NCBI GenBank assembly: GCA_010356995.1
Contig: ML996699.1
Span: 713,697 to 777,696 of the forward strand
Reading direction: 5' to 3'
Length of the DNA stretch: 64,000 nt
Origin: Trichodelitschia bisporula
Lineage: Eukaryota
The stretch's first letter is position 1. Every line of letters starts with the position of its first letter. The notes beneath the pieces were generated by a model that was not told where the DNA came from, ran no database searches, and worked only from the letters and a program-made list of their open reading frames with translations. The translations under genes and the position numbers were made by a program. Positions 61,736 through 64,000 of the stretch are shown in pieces.

Positions 61736-63264
61736 TTTTTTCCTGTACTCTAGTTCAAGACCACTCTCATTTTCCGCTCCTTTTTGTATTCCATTCGACC
61801 ATATGTACCATTCTATCCTTCGCTATACTCAACTACGCCAAATCTCAGTGGTCTGACGCGCCCTCTCAACCCTCCGACACGCCGCCGGACGGATAGAGCT
61901 GCTAGGCTGAAACAATCGACTTCAGCTCATGTCTACACTGGTGGGAGCGTGTGTCGGCGAGGGTGTCGTCGAGCAAGGGTCGTGAAGTCGCTGGAGGGGA
62001 TGGAGGTGAGGTACTCGGGCAAGGTGGTGGGTGGTGGATAAGGATCTTGGGGGCGGCATTGAGAGGGGGGTGGTTGGTGTTGATGGCATAACGGGAGCAC
62101 TGGCATTACGGAAGGGGTATCGGGGTTGATACGGGATGGGTGCACACTGATGGGGATATCGAGGGAAATGTCGGTCTTGAGATCAGTGCGTTTTGCTGCT
62201 GGCCTGAAGCACCGGGCACCTTCCCTTCCGCTGTCGTTCCGCCATTTTGGAGAGGTTTCTGAGCGGATTTTCTCATTGGGGTCACCTTTTTTCATCTCCG
62301 TATTCCTGCTGATGCCCCGACTCCATCTGCTTCGGCGCTTTGTCGGACTGCGAGTGCTATGGACTGACACTGGGACTGGTTCCTGAGCTTTGAATGCATC
62401 GACGTTGATCTCGGATATCACGGGATCTGGCGCTTGAAATCCAATCACGTCCGACGCGTCCGTGGAGATGTCAACCCTGAACTGCTCAATGTCTCGGCAC
62501 AGCCAACGTAAGCACAACACCCGAAGAGCTTATGACCACGAACTCACACTCCAGCAGCTGTTGTTTTCCTCGTGGCGGAGATTTCCTAAGGGCCTTTACG
62601 TACGATGGTCATAATGTCCGTTTCCTGAGGCCTGGAATGATGACAGTTCAAGGTCTCCAATAGCACCACGGCCCCGCTTGTCTCGACCACCTTTTGACCC
62701 GAATTACTCGCCATGACCTGGAAGAATCTCACCGGTGTGGAATGCCGGGTTTGGCGCTGCGGGGCGCTTCGTGTCAGAACTGCGGCTTAGACAATGGCCC
62801 ATGACTGAAACTGGCGTTCTGGAAGGCGCCTGGCATGCAAGTCGCTCCGTGGCGTGTCCCCTCTTTGACTTTTGTCCACTGAATAAGCAGCGTATGTAAG
62901 ACGTCAGCCGCGCCCTGCCTATGCGACTGTGTACGGAGGTAGGCGGGTAGGGTGTCGTGCTCATCTCCTCCATATTTGAGATCCGCATAGCATGCTCTCC
63001 ATTGGAATGAAGATGGACATAGGCTGGACGTCGACCGTCAGCACCAGTTGATGGAGGCGACGGATGTACGCGGCGTGTCTTCAGCCTTTCCCCGGAGATC
63101 TAGGGAGTTGCGAGGATCATATAGAAGACGTGGTGGCCTTACCCCTTGAGCAACTTATAAGCTCCCATTATTCCACCTGGTACTCGAGTCCTCATCAGCT
63201 TGCTCAACATTACTTCCTCCTTCAATCGGCTCAGAAATATCCAGTCCTCGTTCCCATTGCTAAA

Positions 63265-64000
63265 ATGGCTCCCGTCCCAGTTCCAGAGTACATCGAGACC
63301 CGTCTCTTCATCAATGGCGAGGCATGTCAAGCCACTTTCCATCCCCAACTCAGCTAACCATCCAGTTTGTCAACTCCTCCACCGGCAAGACCTTCGACGT
63401 CTTCTCCCCCTACGACCAGCACAAAGTAGCCACTGGTACCAACCCCTCCCCCCCCATCCATCCTCAATCTAACCCCCCCAGTCCAAGAAGCAACAGAACC
63501 GGACATCGACGCCGCCGTCTCCGCCGCCAAAGCCGCCTTCCCCGCCTGGTCTGCCCTCGCCCCCACCGCCCGCGGCACTCTCCTCCGCAAACTCGGCGAC
63601 GCCGTCGCAGCCGCCACCTCCGACCTCGCGGCCCTAGACGCCCTGGTCATGGGCCGGCCGATCAGCACGTACTTCGACGGCCCATTCGCCGCTGAGCTGC
63701 TGCACCACTACAGCGAAGCGGGCTTCGAACCGGCGGGGAAAACCAGCCTGCACACGCCCGGGACTGTGAACTTGACGCTGCGCCAGCCCGTCGGCGTTGC
63801 GGCTGCTATCATTCCGTGGAATGTGCCCATGATCATATTGGCGCATAAGGTTGGCCCGGCTTTGGCGGCGGGGTGCACGCTTGTGGTTAAGAGTAGTGAG
63901 AAGGCGCCGCTTAGTTCGCTCCGGTTTGCGCAGCTGGTGAGGGAGGTTGGGTTTCCGTCGGGTGTTGTCAATGTTGTGAGTGGGTTTGGCAGACCGGCAG
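63265..64000 (+). CDS. Aldehyde dehydrogenase, 3' end outside the window; GC-AG intron 63322-63365 and GT-AG intron 63436-63481
   Basis: ETRLFINGE|FVNS, DIDAAVSAAKAAFPAW, RQPVGVAAAIIPWNVP, GPALAAGCTLVVKSSEKAPL, GFPSGVVNVVSGFG. Confidence 0.95.

Noticed and set aside
61933..62988. Minus-strand ORFs of 195 and 94 aa
   Set aside because: No recognisable motif or convincing start and splice structure; may be a gene relic but cannot be supported.
63265..64000. ALDH as a betaine-aldehyde dehydrogenase partner of the Rieske pair
   Set aside because: It is 26 kb away beyond housekeeping genes, and substrate specificity cannot be read from the partial sequence.

Overview
Intron-containing fungal DNA (filamentous ascomycete; short 40-70 nt GT-AG introns with CTAAC/CTGAC branch sites), so the prokaryote-style ORF track splits most genes. 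Conserved genes: partial GH13 alpha-amylase, a long coiled-coil protein, a Gfo/Idh/MocA oxidoreductase, tRNA-Ser(AGA), a Rad5/16-group SNF2 helicase, an Rsm1/zf-C3HC protein, an ankyrin-RCC1-BTB protein, Enp2, Med13, vigilin/Scp160, an Smr-domain nuclease and the 5' half of an aldehyde dehydrogenase. Three accessory zones stand out. (1) 29.4-37.3 kb holds two divergent Rieske-oxygenase-like genes that are reciprocally incomplete: one keeps the [2Fe-2S] ligands but lacks the mononuclear-Fe motif, the other has the reverse, suggesting an obligate heteromeric (split) oxygenase. (2) 33-41.4 kb is interleaved with this pair and carries an array of about 8 tiny intronless CxH...CxxC genes whose flanks look better conserved than their coding cores. 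(3) 57-61.8 kb is a cluster of decayed, tandemly duplicated genes of a retropepsin-like (DTGS) family with RIP-like changes. A disrupted arylamine N-acetyltransferase-like gene lies at about 7.7-8.8 kb. All family assignments come from motif recognition by eye; no database searches were run.
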